A DNA stretch of 64,000 nt from an uncultured Clostridia bacterium (GTDB taxonomy: Bacteria; Bacillota; Clostridia; TANB77; CAG-508). Position numbers and translations under genes: made by a program. Of the stretch, positions 11,483 through 22,257 are shown piece after piece. Within the stretch, counting starts at the first letter, position 1, and every line of letters begins with the position of its first letter. The notes beneath the pieces were generated by a model. The model saw nothing but the letters and a program-made list of their open reading frames with translations. It searched no databases and was not told where the DNA came from. The DNA lies in assembly GCA_944393385.1 (NCBI GenBank), contig CALYAA010000001.1, forward strand, positions 123,896 through 187,895, given 5' to 3'.

Positions 11483-12184
11483 ATGTTTTCCTCACTTTGT
11501 TTGAATGGATTTTTTCAATTTTTACAGACAGCAGTATTTGTTGTTGGTTACATATCTGGTACAAATCTTTTCCCAGAACCATTAAGTGCAGAAGAAGAAA
11601 AATTATATCTTGAAAGATTATGCACAGGAGATGAAGATGCACGTAATATATTAATTGAACATAATTTAAGACTTGTTGCACATGTTTGCAAAAAATATAG
11701 TAATTCAAATGTTGAACAAGATGACTTAATTTCAATTGGAACAATAGGACTTATTAAAGGGATAAATAATTTTAAGCCTGAAAAAGGAGCTAGACTCTCT
11801 ACATATGTATCTCGTTGTATAGACAATGAAATTTTAATGCATTTTAGAGCTACAAAAAAACTAAATGCCGAAGTTTTTTTAGATGAACCAATTGGTAAAG
11901 ATAAAGATGATAATTGTATAACTCTTCAAGAAGTTTTAGAAAATGATGAAAGAAGTGTAGAAGAAGCTGTAGACTTAAAAATGAAAGTAAAACTTTTATA
12001 TGAAAAAATGAAATCAATTTTAAAAGATAGAGAACGTACAATATTAGAACTCCGTTTTGGACTTGATGGAAATAAACCAAAAACTCAAATAGAAATAGCC
12101 AAGGATTTAGGAATTTCACGTTCATATGTATCTCGAATAGAAACTAAAGCAATTAATAAATTAGCTAAGGAAATAAAAGAATAG
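11483..12184 (+). CDS. sigK: Sporulation sigma factor SigK with an N-terminal pro-sequence. The gene is uninterrupted (no skin-type insertion)
   Basis: AAGGAGG RBS. Motifs FPEPLSAEEE, LIEHNLRLVAH, DLISIGTIGLIK and ISRSYVSRIE match SigK rather than SigE. About 25 hydrophobic residues precede region 1.2. Confidence 0.85.
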   Translation: MFSSLCLNGFFQFLQTAVFVVGYISGTNLFPEPLSAEEEKLYLERLCTGDEDARNILIEHNLRLVAHVCKKYSNSNVEQDDLISIGTIGLIKGINNFKPEKGARLSTYVSRCIDNEILMHFRATKKLNAEVFLDEPIGKDKDDNCITLQEVLENDERSVEEAVDLKMKVKLLYEKMKSILKDRERTILELRFGLDGNKPKTQIEIAKDLGISRSYVSRIETKAINKLAKEIKE

Positions 12185-12203
12185 TATTTATAAAAAATAA
12201 ACG

Positions 12204-12257
12204 ATGAATGAATTTTAGGAAAATTTTGAAAAATTCCAGAGTTCATTCATTTATTTT
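12204..12257 (+). terminator. Hairpin terminator after sigK, paralogous to the hairpin at 10935-10990
   Basis: ATGAATGAA / TTCATTCAT stem followed by TTATTTTG. It shares the ATGAATGA..TTTAG.AAAATT..AAAAATTC..TCATTCATTT layout with the sbcC terminator. Confidence 0.6.
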
Positions 12258-12276
12258 GCAATTTTAATAAAATTTG

Positions 12277-12355
12277 TAGACAAATCCAGAAGAATATTGT
12301 AGAATAGGAAACATAGGAAATGAGAATAAGCAGATGTGGTTTCTCCATTTCCTAT
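12277..12355 (+). promoter_or_regulatory. Candidate promoter (TAGACA-17-TAGAAT) followed by a 14-bp stem-loop leader upstream of the methyltransferase gene
   Basis: -35 at 12277-12282 and -10 at 12300-12305. The hairpin ATAGGAAATGAGAA / TTCTCCATTTCCTAT (12313-12355) has one bulge and is followed by an A/T-rich stretch. Confidence 0.35.
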
Positions 12356-12425
12356 ATTTATTATATAATATTTTAATTGAAAAAGTCAAGATAAAATAAG
12401 TAATATTATTTAAGGAGTAAAAACA

Positions 12426-13313
12426 TTGATGGAATTACCACTTTTTTTTATAGAAAAAATTGAAAAACAATACGGAAAAGAAACAGCAAAAAAAATAGAA
12501 GAAGGACTTTTAGAAGAAAAGCCGGTAACACTAAGAGTAAATACAATCAAAAGTAGCCTAGAAAAAGTAAAAAATGAATTAGAAAAAAACAATATTGAAT
12601 ATGAATTTCTTGAATGGAATAAAGATGCACTAATTATAAAAAATGTCAGAGAAGATGAAATTAGAAAATTAGGTATTTATGAAAATGGAGAAATCTATTT
12701 ACAAAGTTTATCTTCAATGATTCCAGCAGTAGTACTTGAACCCAAAGAAAAAGAAAATATATTAGATATGACAGCAGCACCTGGAGGAAAAACCACACAA
12801 ATTTCAGCAATAGCAGAAAATAAAGTATTTATAACAGCTTGTGAAAAAAATAAAATAAGATATGATAGACTAAAATATAATGTTGAAAAACAAGGTGTAA
12901 AAAACATAAACATTATGCAAGAAGACTCAAGAAAATTAAGTGATTATTTTTCATTTGATAAAATTTTGCTTGATGCACCATGTAGTGGAAGTGGAACAGA
13001 AAATGTTTTTACTCCAAATTTTTCTGAATATTTAATTCAAAAATCTTCTAAAGTACAAGAAGAATTATTAACAAAATCATTAACTATCTTAAAACCAGGA
13101 GGAGAGATGGTTTATTCAACATGTTCAATATTAAAAGAAGAAAATGAAGATATAGTAAAAAAAGTTCTAAAGAAATTTAAAGCACAAATTATTCCAATAA
13201 ATGTACCACAAAATATACCTGTATTGCCTACAAGTATTGATGGAGCATTATGTGTTTGTCCAACAAAATATTATGAAGGATTTTTTGTTGTAAAAATTTT
13301 AAAAAAATCTTAG
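12426..13313 (+). CDS. NOL1/NOP2/Sun-family RNA m5C methyltransferase (RsmB/RsmF-like)
   Basis: SAM-binding motif DMTAAPGGKT plus catalytic motifs DAPCSGSG and STCS. The start is either TTG at 12426 or ATG at 12429. Confidence 0.8.
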   Translation: MMELPLFFIEKIEKQYGKETAKKIEEGLLEEKPVTLRVNTIKSSLEKVKNELEKNNIEYEFLEWNKDALIIKNVREDEIRKLGIYENGEIYLQSLSSMIPAVVLEPKEKENILDMTAAPGGKTTQISAIAENKVFITACEKNKIRYDRLKYNVEKQGVKNINIMQEDSRKLSDYFSFDKILLDAPCSGSGTENVFTPNFSEYLIQKSSKVQEELLTKSLTILKPGGEMVYSTCSILKEENEDIVKKVLKKFKAQIIPINVPQNIPVLPTSIDGALCVCPTKYYEGFFVVKILKKS

Positions 13314-13336
13314 CAAAAGTACTTGACAAGTGCTAA
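13310..13336 (+). promoter_or_regulatory. CIRCE-like HrcA operator 1 (TTAGCAAAA-N9-AAGTGCTAA), overlapping the -35
   Basis: Matches the CIRCE consensus TTAGCACTC-N9-GAGTGCTAA in the outer 6 bp of each arm with exact 9-nt spacing. Confidence 0.6.
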
Positions 13337-13351
13337 AAAATGTTATATTAT
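13323..13351 (+). promoter_or_regulatory. SigmaA-type promoter of the hrcA-grpE-dnaK-dnaJ operon (TTGACA-17-TATTAT)
   Basis: Consensus -35 at 13323-13328 and an A/T hexamer at 13346-13351. An overlapping TATAAT lies at 13349-13354. Confidence 0.6.
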
Positions 13352-13362
13352 AATATTCGTAA

Positions 13363-13389
13363 TTAGCAGGCGACAAAAAAGAGTGCTAA
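13363..13389 (+). promoter_or_regulatory. CIRCE HrcA operator 2 (TTAGCAGGC-N9-GAGTGCTAA)
   Basis: Near-consensus CIRCE with a perfect right arm. It lies between the promoter and the hrcA RBS. Confidence 0.8.
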
Positions 13390-13432
13390 AAATAAACTGC
13401 AATTTCCAAAAAAGAAAAGAGGAGGAGCGAAA

Positions 13433-14491
13433 TTGCTAGATGAAAGAAAAAAAAGAGTATTACAAGCCATAGTAGAAGAATATATAAAAACTGCAGAGCC
13501 AGTAAGTTCCAATGCAATAATGAACTTAGAAGGACTAGAATGTAGTAGTGCCACAATAAGAAACGAAATGGCAGAACTAGAAAAATTAGGATATATAGAA
13601 AAAACACATATATCTTCAGGAAGAGTACCATCAGAAAAAGGATATAGATTTTATGTAGATGAATTATTAGAAGATGATAAAATCACTGTTGATGAAATAG
13701 AATATATTAGTGATAAACTAGAAACAAAAGTAAATGAATTAGAGGATTTAACACAAATAGCATCTAGTACGATATCAGAAATAACACATTATACAACAGT
13801 ATCAATTGGACCAAACACAGATGTACAATTAATTGAAAATATAAAATTTGTACTATTAAGTCCAAGAATGATGATGGCAGTAATTTTAACAGATAATGGG
13901 CTTGTAAAAGAAACAATAATAAAATTTGATGAAGACATAACAGAAAATCAAGTTAATACCTTAAACTATATGTTTAATAATAAGTTAAAAGGTGAACCAA
14001 TAACCAAAATAGATAAACCACTTGAAAAATACCTAGTAGACGAAATGAAATATAGTGTAAACCTAATAAAACCAATAATAGTTCAAATGAAAAAAGTTGT
14101 AGAAGAAGAAAAAGTCCATTTAGAAGGAGCAAAACAACTATTTGAACTACCAGAATTCAATAGCCTAGAAGTAGCCAAAAACTTTGTAAACATATTAGAT
14201 GAAAAAGAGCTTATGGCAGATATGTTAAATAATGGTTATGCAAAAGATATAAATATATATATTGGAGAAGAAAATGAAAAAGAAGAACTTAAAGACTTCA
14301 GTGTAGTAACATTTAAACACAGAATAGGAAATAAAGATTTGGGAACAATTGGAATAATAGGACCAAAAAGAATGGACTATTCAAAAGTAATATCAGTTAT
14401 GAAATATATAAGCAAAAAATTAAGTGGATATTCAGAAGAAAATAATGAAGAGAAAGAAGGTAGAGAAAATGGAAGAAGAAAAAAAGAATGA
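13433..14491 (+). CDS. hrcA: Heat-inducible transcription repressor HrcA
   Basis: TTG start after a GGAGGAG RBS. The N-terminal wHTH (RKKRVLQAIVEEYIKTAEPVSS) and the operon context are typical. Confidence 0.9.
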   Translation: MLDERKKRVLQAIVEEYIKTAEPVSSNAIMNLEGLECSSATIRNEMAELEKLGYIEKTHISSGRVPSEKGYRFYVDELLEDDKITVDEIEYISDKLETKVNELEDLTQIASSTISEITHYTTVSIGPNTDVQLIENIKFVLLSPRMMMAVILTDNGLVKETIIKFDEDITENQVNTLNYMFNNKLKGEPITKIDKPLEKYLVDEMKYSVNLIKPIIVQMKKVVEEEKVHLEGAKQLFELPEFNSLEVAKNFVNILDEKELMADMLNNGYAKDINIYIGEENEKEELKDFSVVTFKHRIGNKDLGTIGIIGPKRMDYSKVISVMKYISKKLSGYSEENNEEKEGRENGRRKKE

Positions 14492-15023
14492 AAAATCAGA
14501 AGAAAATTTAGATAAACAACAAGTAAAAGAAAACAATATAGAAAATAATAATGAAAAAACACAAGAAAAAAAAACTGAAGGAGATTATATAATAGATCCA
14601 AAACAACACGAATTAGATGAATTAAATGACAGATATAAAAGAGTTTTAGCAGAATTCGAAAACTTCAAAAAAAGAAGTGGCAAAGAAAGAGAAACATTAT
14701 ATAATTCTATATTAGGAGATATTGTAGGAGTATTTTTACCAATAGTAGACAACTTAGAAAATGCAGTAAAAGCAGAAACTCAAGATACAGACTATAAAAA
14801 AGGAGTAGAACTTGTTTTAAAGCAATTTAAAGACATTTTAAAAGCAAAAGGAGTAGAAGAAATCGAAAGTATTGGAAAAACATTTGACCCAAGTCAACAT
14901 GAAGCAGTAAGTAGTATTCAAGACCCAGAAAAAGGAACACAAGAAATTGTTCAAGAATATAGAAAAGGCTATAAAATAGGTTCAAAAGTTATTAGACATT
15001 CAATGGTAGTAGTAGCAAATTAA
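14469..15023 (+). CDS. grpE: Nucleotide exchange factor GrpE
   Basis: Motifs R..AEFENFKKR and HEA. The start was chosen at the ATG preceded by GAAGGTAGAG. The longer ORF from 14424 overlaps hrcA more deeply. Confidence 0.85.
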   Translation: MEEEKKNEKSEENLDKQQVKENNIENNNEKTQEKKTEGDYIIDPKQHELDELNDRYKRVLAEFENFKKRSGKERETLYNSILGDIVGVFLPIVDNLENAVKAETQDTDYKKGVELVLKQFKDILKAKGVEEIESIGKTFDPSQHEAVSSIQDPEKGTQEIVQEYRKGYKIGSKVIRHSMVVVAN

Positions 15024-15111
15024 TAATTAGTAATAATATAAAAAAATAACTTGTGAGAAAACATTTACATTTAGGTGTAAATATGAAAATATTATTAAAA
15101 AATGTTATTAA

Positions 15112-17049
<1,938 letters not shown>

Positions 17050-17070
17050 AATTTAAGTAAGAATGGCAAC

Positions 17071-17091
17071 GGGCGAGTTTAATACTCGCCC
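17071..17091 (+). terminator. GC-rich hairpin between dnaK and dnaJ (partial terminator or processing site)
   Basis: GGGCGAG-TTTAATA-CTCGCCC is a perfect 7-bp stem. The trailing T-tract is weak. Confidence 0.45.
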
Positions 17092-17119
17092 AATTTATGA
17101 AAAAAAGGAGTAAAAATAT

Positions 17120-18304
17120 ATGGCAAGCAAAAGGGATTATTATGAAGTGTTAGGTGTTCCAAAAACAGCTACAGATGAAGAAATTAAAAAAGCGTATAGA
17201 AAACTAGCCAAAAAATATCACCCAGATGCTAATCCAGATAATAAAGAAGAAGCAGAAGCAAAATTCAAGGAAGTAAATGAAGCTTATGAAACATTATCAG
17301 ATCCACAAAAAAGAAAAATGTATGACCAATTTGGAGCTGATGGACCACAAGGATTTGGTGGATTTGGAGGTTCTGGAACAGGTCCATTTGGTAGTGGATT
17401 TGGAAACGGAGGATATTATTCATATACATCTTCAGGATTTGATGGTTTTTCAGATTTTGGAGATTTAGGAGATATCTTTTCTTCATTTTTTGGAGGAAGT
17501 TCAAGAACAAGTTCTAGAACACAAACAAGAGGACCTCGTAAAGGTGCAGATTTAAACTTAAATATGGATATTACTTTTGAGGAAGCATTTTTGGGAGTTG
17601 AAAAAGAAATTGTTATAACTAGACCAGAAACTTGTTCAGTTTGTAAAGGAACAGGTGCTAGACCAGGAACTTCTGTTACAAAATGCTCTGTATGTAATGG
17701 TACAGGAACTGTTAGACAAGTACAAAATACAATTTTAGGCCAAATACAAACAACAAGAACTTGTACAAATTGTCATGGAACTGGTGAAGTGATAAAAGAA
17801 GTATGTGATAATTGTAAAGGAAAAGGAACAGTAAGAAAACAAGCAAGAATTAAAGTAAAAATTCCTGCTGGAATAGATGACAACCAAACTGTTGTATTAA
17901 GAGGAGAAGGAGAACCAGGAGAAAAAGGTGGAGCTAAAGGAGATTTATACATAACAGTTAGATTGAAGAAAAGTAACATATACACAAGAAATGGAAATAC
18001 CGTTATGTGTGAAATACCAATAACTATAACACAGGCAACTCTTGGTGCAAAATTAAAAATACCAATGGTAGATGGTAGTGTAGAAGAATATGATATTCCA
18101 GAAGGTACACAAACTGGAACTAAATTTACAATTAAAGATAGAGGATTTAAATCAATAAATTCTTCATCAAGAGGAAACTTTGTTTTTACTGTAACTGTTC
18201 AAACACCAAAAAGATTAAGTAAAGAACAAAGGGATTTATTAGAAAAGTTAGCTGTTACAATGAATGAACAGCCACCAATAAAGAAAAAAGGAATATTTGG
18301 ATAA
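17120..18304 (+). CDS. dnaJ: Co-chaperone DnaJ
   Basis: J-domain with HPD (KKYHPDAN), a G/F-rich linker, and four CxxCxGxG zinc-finger repeats. Confidence 0.95.
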   Translation: MASKRDYYEVLGVPKTATDEEIKKAYRKLAKKYHPDANPDNKEEAEAKFKEVNEAYETLSDPQKRKMYDQFGADGPQGFGGFGGSGTGPFGSGFGNGGYYSYTSSGFDGFSDFGDLGDIFSSFFGGSSRTSSRTQTRGPRKGADLNLNMDITFEEAFLGVEKEIVITRPETCSVCKGTGARPGTSVTKCSVCNGTGTVRQVQNTILGQIQTTRTCTNCHGTGEVIKEVCDNCKGKGTVRKQARIKVKIPAGIDDNQTVVLRGEGEPGEKGGAKGDLYITVRLKKSNIYTRNGNTVMCEIPITITQATLGAKLKIPMVDGSVEEYDIPEGTQTGTKFTIKDRGFKSINSSSRGNFVFTVTVQTPKRLSKEQRDLLEKLAVTMNEQPPIKKKGIFG

Positions 18305-18305
18305 A

Positions 18306-19466
18306 ATGATAGATGAAAAAGAATATGGATTGGTTTTAGCAGGTGGTGGAACTAGAGGAGCATATCAAGTAGGATCTTGGAAAGCTCTTCAAGAATTAAA
18401 TATAAATATTAAAGGAATAGTGGGAGCTTCAATTGGTGCATTAAATGGGGCTCTCTTTTTACAAAATGATTATGCTCTAGTTTCCAAAATGTATGAAACT
18501 ATTAAAATAAATAATATAATGAAAGTAAGTGGTGTAGATGGAAACAAAAATATATTTGACTTATCAAATATATTTAATTTAGCATCTAATTATAAAAAAC
18601 AAAATGGTATAGATAATACACCTTTAAGAAAAATGATAGAAAAATATATAGATATGGACAAATTATATAATTCGGAAATAGATTTTGGATTAGTTACATA
18701 TTCTGTAAAAAATAGACAACCATTACAAAAATTCAAAGATGATATACCAAAAGAAGAAATGGTAAACTATTTGTTAGCAAGTTCATGTTTCCCAATTTTT
18801 AAGCCCCAAATAATTAATAATGAAGAATATTATGATGGTGGCTTATATGATAGCGCACCAACAAATATGTTAATAGAAAAAGGTTGCAAAAACATAATTT
18901 TAGTTGATATTGCAGGTGTAGGATTTAGCAGAAAATTAACTACAAGTAAAGGAATATATTTAAAAACAATAAGACCATCTGAAGACTTAGGAGGAACATT
19001 TGAATTCAATCATGATAGAATAGTAAAAAATATAAAACTTGGATATTTAGACACAAAAAGAGCATTTAACAAATTACAAGGACACATATATTATTTCAAA
19101 AACGAAGAATTTCAAAAAATGTTAGAAATATTTAATTTGGAAACAATATATGGACTAGAATATGCAGCACAAATATATCACATGTATAAATACAGGGAAT
19201 ATACATTTGAAGAATTTATAAATGAATTATATAAAAGACATAGAGAGGCAGAAAAAAGATATAACAGAATTAAAAACAACAACTATATGTTAAAAATAGG
19301 AAAGCAATTCAAAATACTCTTTGACAAAGGACTAGGAATATGTATAGTAAAAGACTTATATATGGACAGACCATCATCAAAACTATCAAACTACTTACTA
19401 AACTTTGTAAAAGATTATAGATTAGCAGCAAAATCACTAATAGAGCTAAAAAACTATATTGGGTAA
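18306..19466 (+). CDS. Patatin-like phospholipase
   Basis: Motifs GGGTRGAYQVG, GASIGALNG (GxSxG) and DGG. An alternative TTG start at 18297 overlaps the dnaJ stop. Confidence 0.8.
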   Translation: MIDEKEYGLVLAGGGTRGAYQVGSWKALQELNINIKGIVGASIGALNGALFLQNDYALVSKMYETIKINNIMKVSGVDGNKNIFDLSNIFNLASNYKKQNGIDNTPLRKMIEKYIDMDKLYNSEIDFGLVTYSVKNRQPLQKFKDDIPKEEMVNYLLASSCFPIFKPQIINNEEYYDGGLYDSAPTNMLIEKGCKNIILVDIAGVGFSRKLTTSKGIYLKTIRPSEDLGGTFEFNHDRIVKNIKLGYLDTKRAFNKLQGHIYYFKNEEFQKMLEIFNLETIYGLEYAAQIYHMYKYREYTFEEFINELYKRHREAEKRYNRIKNNNYMLKIGKQFKILFDKGLGICIVKDLYMDRPSSKLSNYLLNFVKDYRLAAKSLIELKNYIG

Positions 19467-19524
19467 TTTGGTGCCGGTTCTCTTTTTTCCCTTTTGGGCA
19501 ATTTAGTACCGGTTCTTTTTTTGG
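19464..19524 (+). repeat. Post-stop repeat module, tandem pair (TAATTTGGTGCCGGTTCTCTTTTTTCC ... GGGCAATTTAGTACCGGTTCTTTTTTT)
   Basis: The module starts on the TAA stop of the patatin gene. Two direct motif copies are separated by CCCTTTTGGG. Confidence 0.8.
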
Positions 19525-19683
19525 ACTTTTTTTAAAATTATAGTGGAAATTTATAAAAATAAATGTTAAAATATTTATGACATTAGTTACAAAAGGACAA
19601 TGTTTTTATTTACAGAAGTTAAGTAACAGGTATAAAGAATCACACAAAATAAATCAAATATAATAAGAAATGAGGAAAGAAAT

Positions 19684-20043
19684 ATGAGTTTTTTAGGGAA
19701 TGTTTTATGGTTCATTTTTGGAGGCCTTTTAAGTGGTCTTTCGTGGATTGTAGCAGGAATCTTATGTTGCATAACTGTAGTTGGAATTCCACTTGGATTA
19801 CAGTGCTTTAAATTTTCATCAATGGCATTTGCGCCATTTGGAAAAGAAATAGTATATGATGGTGGAGCACCATCTTTTATTGCCAATGTTATTTGGTTTA
19901 TCTTCTGTGGCTTACCAATGGCAATAGAAAATTTTGTAATTGGATGTCTTTGGTGTATAACTATTATTGGAATTCCATTTGGATTGCAATTTTTCAAAAT
20001 TGCAAAACTAGCTTTAGCACCATTTGGAGCAAGAATAGTTTAA
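19684..20043 (+). CDS. YccF-domain inner membrane protein
   Basis: Duplicated motif NVLWFIFGG...CITVVGIPLGLQCFK / NVIWFIFCG...CITIIGIPFGLQFFK. Confidence 0.8.
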   Translation: MSFLGNVLWFIFGGLLSGLSWIVAGILCCITVVGIPLGLQCFKFSSMAFAPFGKEIVYDGGAPSFIANVIWFIFCGLPMAIENFVIGCLWCITIIGIPFGLQFFKIAKLALAPFGARIV

Positions 20044-20080
20044 CATAATAATTTGAATTTTATTTTGTGTGATTTTTTTA

Positions 20081-20105
20081 GGGAGTAGCATTGCTGCTCC
20101 CTTTT
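20081..20105 (+). terminator. Intrinsic terminator after the yccF-like gene
   Basis: GGGAGTAGCA-TTGCTGCTCCC stem followed by TTTT. Confidence 0.7.
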
Positions 20106-20321
20106 CCAAATAAAAAAATCAAAACTAAAATTAATACTGTATTGAATTATAATTAAATATATGATATTTTAAAAATGGAAAAAAAGTAATTGAATTTACC
20201 AATACAGTCAAAATAATATGACACATGAAGAAACAATAAATAGAGCAAAAGAATTATATAAGAATTTCTTTAAAGATAATAGACCAATTTTAAATTAAAC
20301 AAGAAAGGAATACCAACAAAC

Positions 20322-20984
20322 ATGAAAAAAATATTAATAATAGAAGATGACACAAGCATAAGTAGTGAATTAAAAGACTTACTAGATAATGCAGGATATG
20401 AAGGAATAATAATAAAAGACTTTGAAAGCTCATTTGAAGAAATAAAAAAAGAAAATCCAGACCTAATATTATTAGACATAAACATACCAAAACTAAACGG
20501 AGAAATGTTATTACAAAAAATAAGAAAAGAAAGCAATGTACCAATTATAATGGTAACAAGTAAGAACACAGAAGCAGATGAAGTATTATCAATGAGTTAT
20601 GGAGCAGATGACTACATAACTAAACCTTATAATCCAACAATACTCTTATTAAGAATTAACAACATATTCAAAAGAATGGAAAACAAAAATGATGTATTAA
20701 CATATAATGATTTAACATTAGACCCAAAAAAAGGCATAATAAAAAACGGAAAAGAAGAATTTATCTTAACCAAAAATGAAATGATAATATTCATATTTTT
20801 ACTATCAAATCGAGGAAATATAGTAACAAGAGATGATTTAATGACAGATTTATGGAATAATGATTCATATATAAATGATAATGCATTAAATGTAAATATA
20901 AGCAGATTAAGAACAAAATTAAAAGATTTTGGATATGAAGATGCAATAGAAACAAGAAAAGGACAAGGATATATTTTAAAATAA
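20322..20984 (+). CDS. OmpR-family response regulator, BceR-like (module 1)
   Basis: Receiver domain (ILIIEDD, DLILLDINIP, SK) plus a winged-helix output (LTKNEM..., RLRTKL, TRKGQGYIL). Followed by a BceS-like kinase and BceAB-like transporter. Confidence 0.85.
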   Translation: MKKILIIEDDTSISSELKDLLDNAGYEGIIIKDFESSFEEIKKENPDLILLDINIPKLNGEMLLQKIRKESNVPIIMVTSKNTEADEVLSMSYGADDYITKPYNPTILLLRINNIFKRMENKNDVLTYNDLTLDPKKGIIKNGKEEFILTKNEMIIFIFLLSNRGNIVTRDDLMTDLWNNDSYINDNALNVNISRLRTKLKDFGYEDAIETRKGQGYILK

Positions 20985-21043
20985 AGTTTATAGGTAAAAA
21001 CTTCTTTAAAAACCTAAATATTTTTTACAAGGAAAGCCAATAA

Positions 21044-22072
21044 ATGAAATTAAGCAAATATTTAAAAAATAATTTTTTAAATCTAGTATTATCTATGGTT
21101 GTTATAGTTATTATAAATTTAATGTTAATATCATTCAAAACAAATAATCAAGCAATTATAGGTATAAATTTTATACTTATAGTAGGACTAATTATACATA
21201 TAATTTATGATTTTGAAAGAAGAAAAAAATTTTATAATAAATTTTTAAATGATTTAGATTTATTAGACCAAAAATATCTTATAACAGAAATGATAGAAAA
21301 GCCAAACTTTTATGATGGAGAAATCTTATATGACTCATTATATGAAATAGATAAATCAATGGCAGAAAAGATAAAAGAATACAGTTTAAGTATTCAAGAT
21401 TTCAAAGAATACATAGAAATGTGGATACATGAAGTAAAATTACCATTAGCATCAATAAACTTAATGTTACATAATCACAAAGAATTATCAGACAAAAAAA
21501 TTGTAGAACAATTAAAAAGAATTGATGATGATGTAGAACAAGTACTTTATTATGTAAGAAGTGAAAATGCAGAAAAAGATTATTTAATTAAAGAAACAGA
21601 ACTAAATAAAGTAATTTCAAATGTAGCCATGAAAAACAAAGATATCTTACTAGAAAATAATATAAATTTTGAAGTAGAAGTTGGAAATAAAAAAGTTTTA
21701 ACAGATTCAAAATGGCTTGAATTTATAGTAAATCAAATTGTAAGTAACAGTATAAAATATATTAGAAGTGGAGTAGAACACTATATAAAAATAACTGCAG
21801 AAGAAAATAATAAATCAGTAATTTTAAAAATATATGATAATGGAATAGGAATAGAAAAAAGTGATCTAAATAAAGTTTTTAACAAAACATTTACAGGAAA
21901 TAATGGAAGAAAAGTAGAAACTTCAACAGGAATGGGCCTATATATTGCAAAACAACTGTGCAAAAAGTTAGGACATAAAATCACAATAGATTCAAAAGAA
22001 AGTGAATTTACAGAGGCAAGTATTTTATTTAACAAAAACGATTTCTTTGAAGTAAGAAAAAAATCAAAATAA
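21044..22072 (+). CDS. Intramembrane-sensing histidine kinase, BceS-like (module 1)
   Basis: Two N-terminal TM helices with almost no extracellular loop, H-box EMWIHEVKLPLA, N-box NSIKY, and G-boxes DNGIGI / GMGLYI. Confidence 0.85.
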   Translation: MKLSKYLKNNFLNLVLSMVVIVIINLMLISFKTNNQAIIGINFILIVGLIIHIIYDFERRKKFYNKFLNDLDLLDQKYLITEMIEKPNFYDGEILYDSLYEIDKSMAEKIKEYSLSIQDFKEYIEMWIHEVKLPLASINLMLHNHKELSDKKIVEQLKRIDDDVEQVLYYVRSENAEKDYLIKETELNKVISNVAMKNKDILLENNINFEVEVGNKKVLTDSKWLEFIVNQIVSNSIKYIRSGVEHYIKITAEENNKSVILKIYDNGIGIEKSDLNKVFNKTFTGNNGRKVETSTGMGLYIAKQLCKKLGHKITIDSKESEFTEASILFNKNDFFEVRKKSK

Positions 22073-22112
22073 TCAAGTGGTCTTCAAAAATATTAAAGAA
22101 GACTGTTTTTGC

Positions 22113-22140
22113 CCTAACATTACAAAATTGTAATGTTAGG
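22113..22140. promoter_or_regulatory. Perfect 12-4-12 inverted repeat containing a BceR-type box (TTACA-N4-TGTAA) upstream of bceA-like gene 1
   Basis: CCTAACATTACA-AAAT-TGTAATGTTAGG matches the TNACA-N4-TGTAA motif described for BceR-like regulators. It lies about 118 nt upstream of the ATG at 22258. Confidence 0.65.
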
Positions 22141-22257
22141 TAATTTTAGAAGAAAGACAAACCCAAATTAATCCTCTATAATAATTGAAAAGAGAATTAC
22201 TTAAAAAGCAAATTCGTCTTAAATTATAATAAAAAAATAGAAAGGATTGTGATTAAT

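Noticed and set aside
14424-14468. A longer grpE start at 14424, and similar upstream-extended starts in the ORF track (25217, 31974, 33583, 40144, 43791, 44554, 49646, 54092).
   Set aside because: In each case an internal ATG preceded by a good Shine-Dalgarno sequence matches the expected N-terminus of the family. The extensions lack an RBS or overlap the preceding gene.
19587-19997. A 136-aa minus-strand ORF overlapping the yccF-like gene.
   Set aside because: The plus-strand ORF shows the duplicated YccF motif and has an RBS. The antisense ORF has neither.
20219-20299. A 26-codon ORF (MTHEETINRAKELYKNFFKDNRPILN) upstream of response regulator 1, considered as a candidate leader or signalling peptide.
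   Set aside because: It has no RBS and no hydrophobic or Cys-rich features of a bacteriocin or leader peptide. It is indistinguishable from chance in AT-rich DNA.
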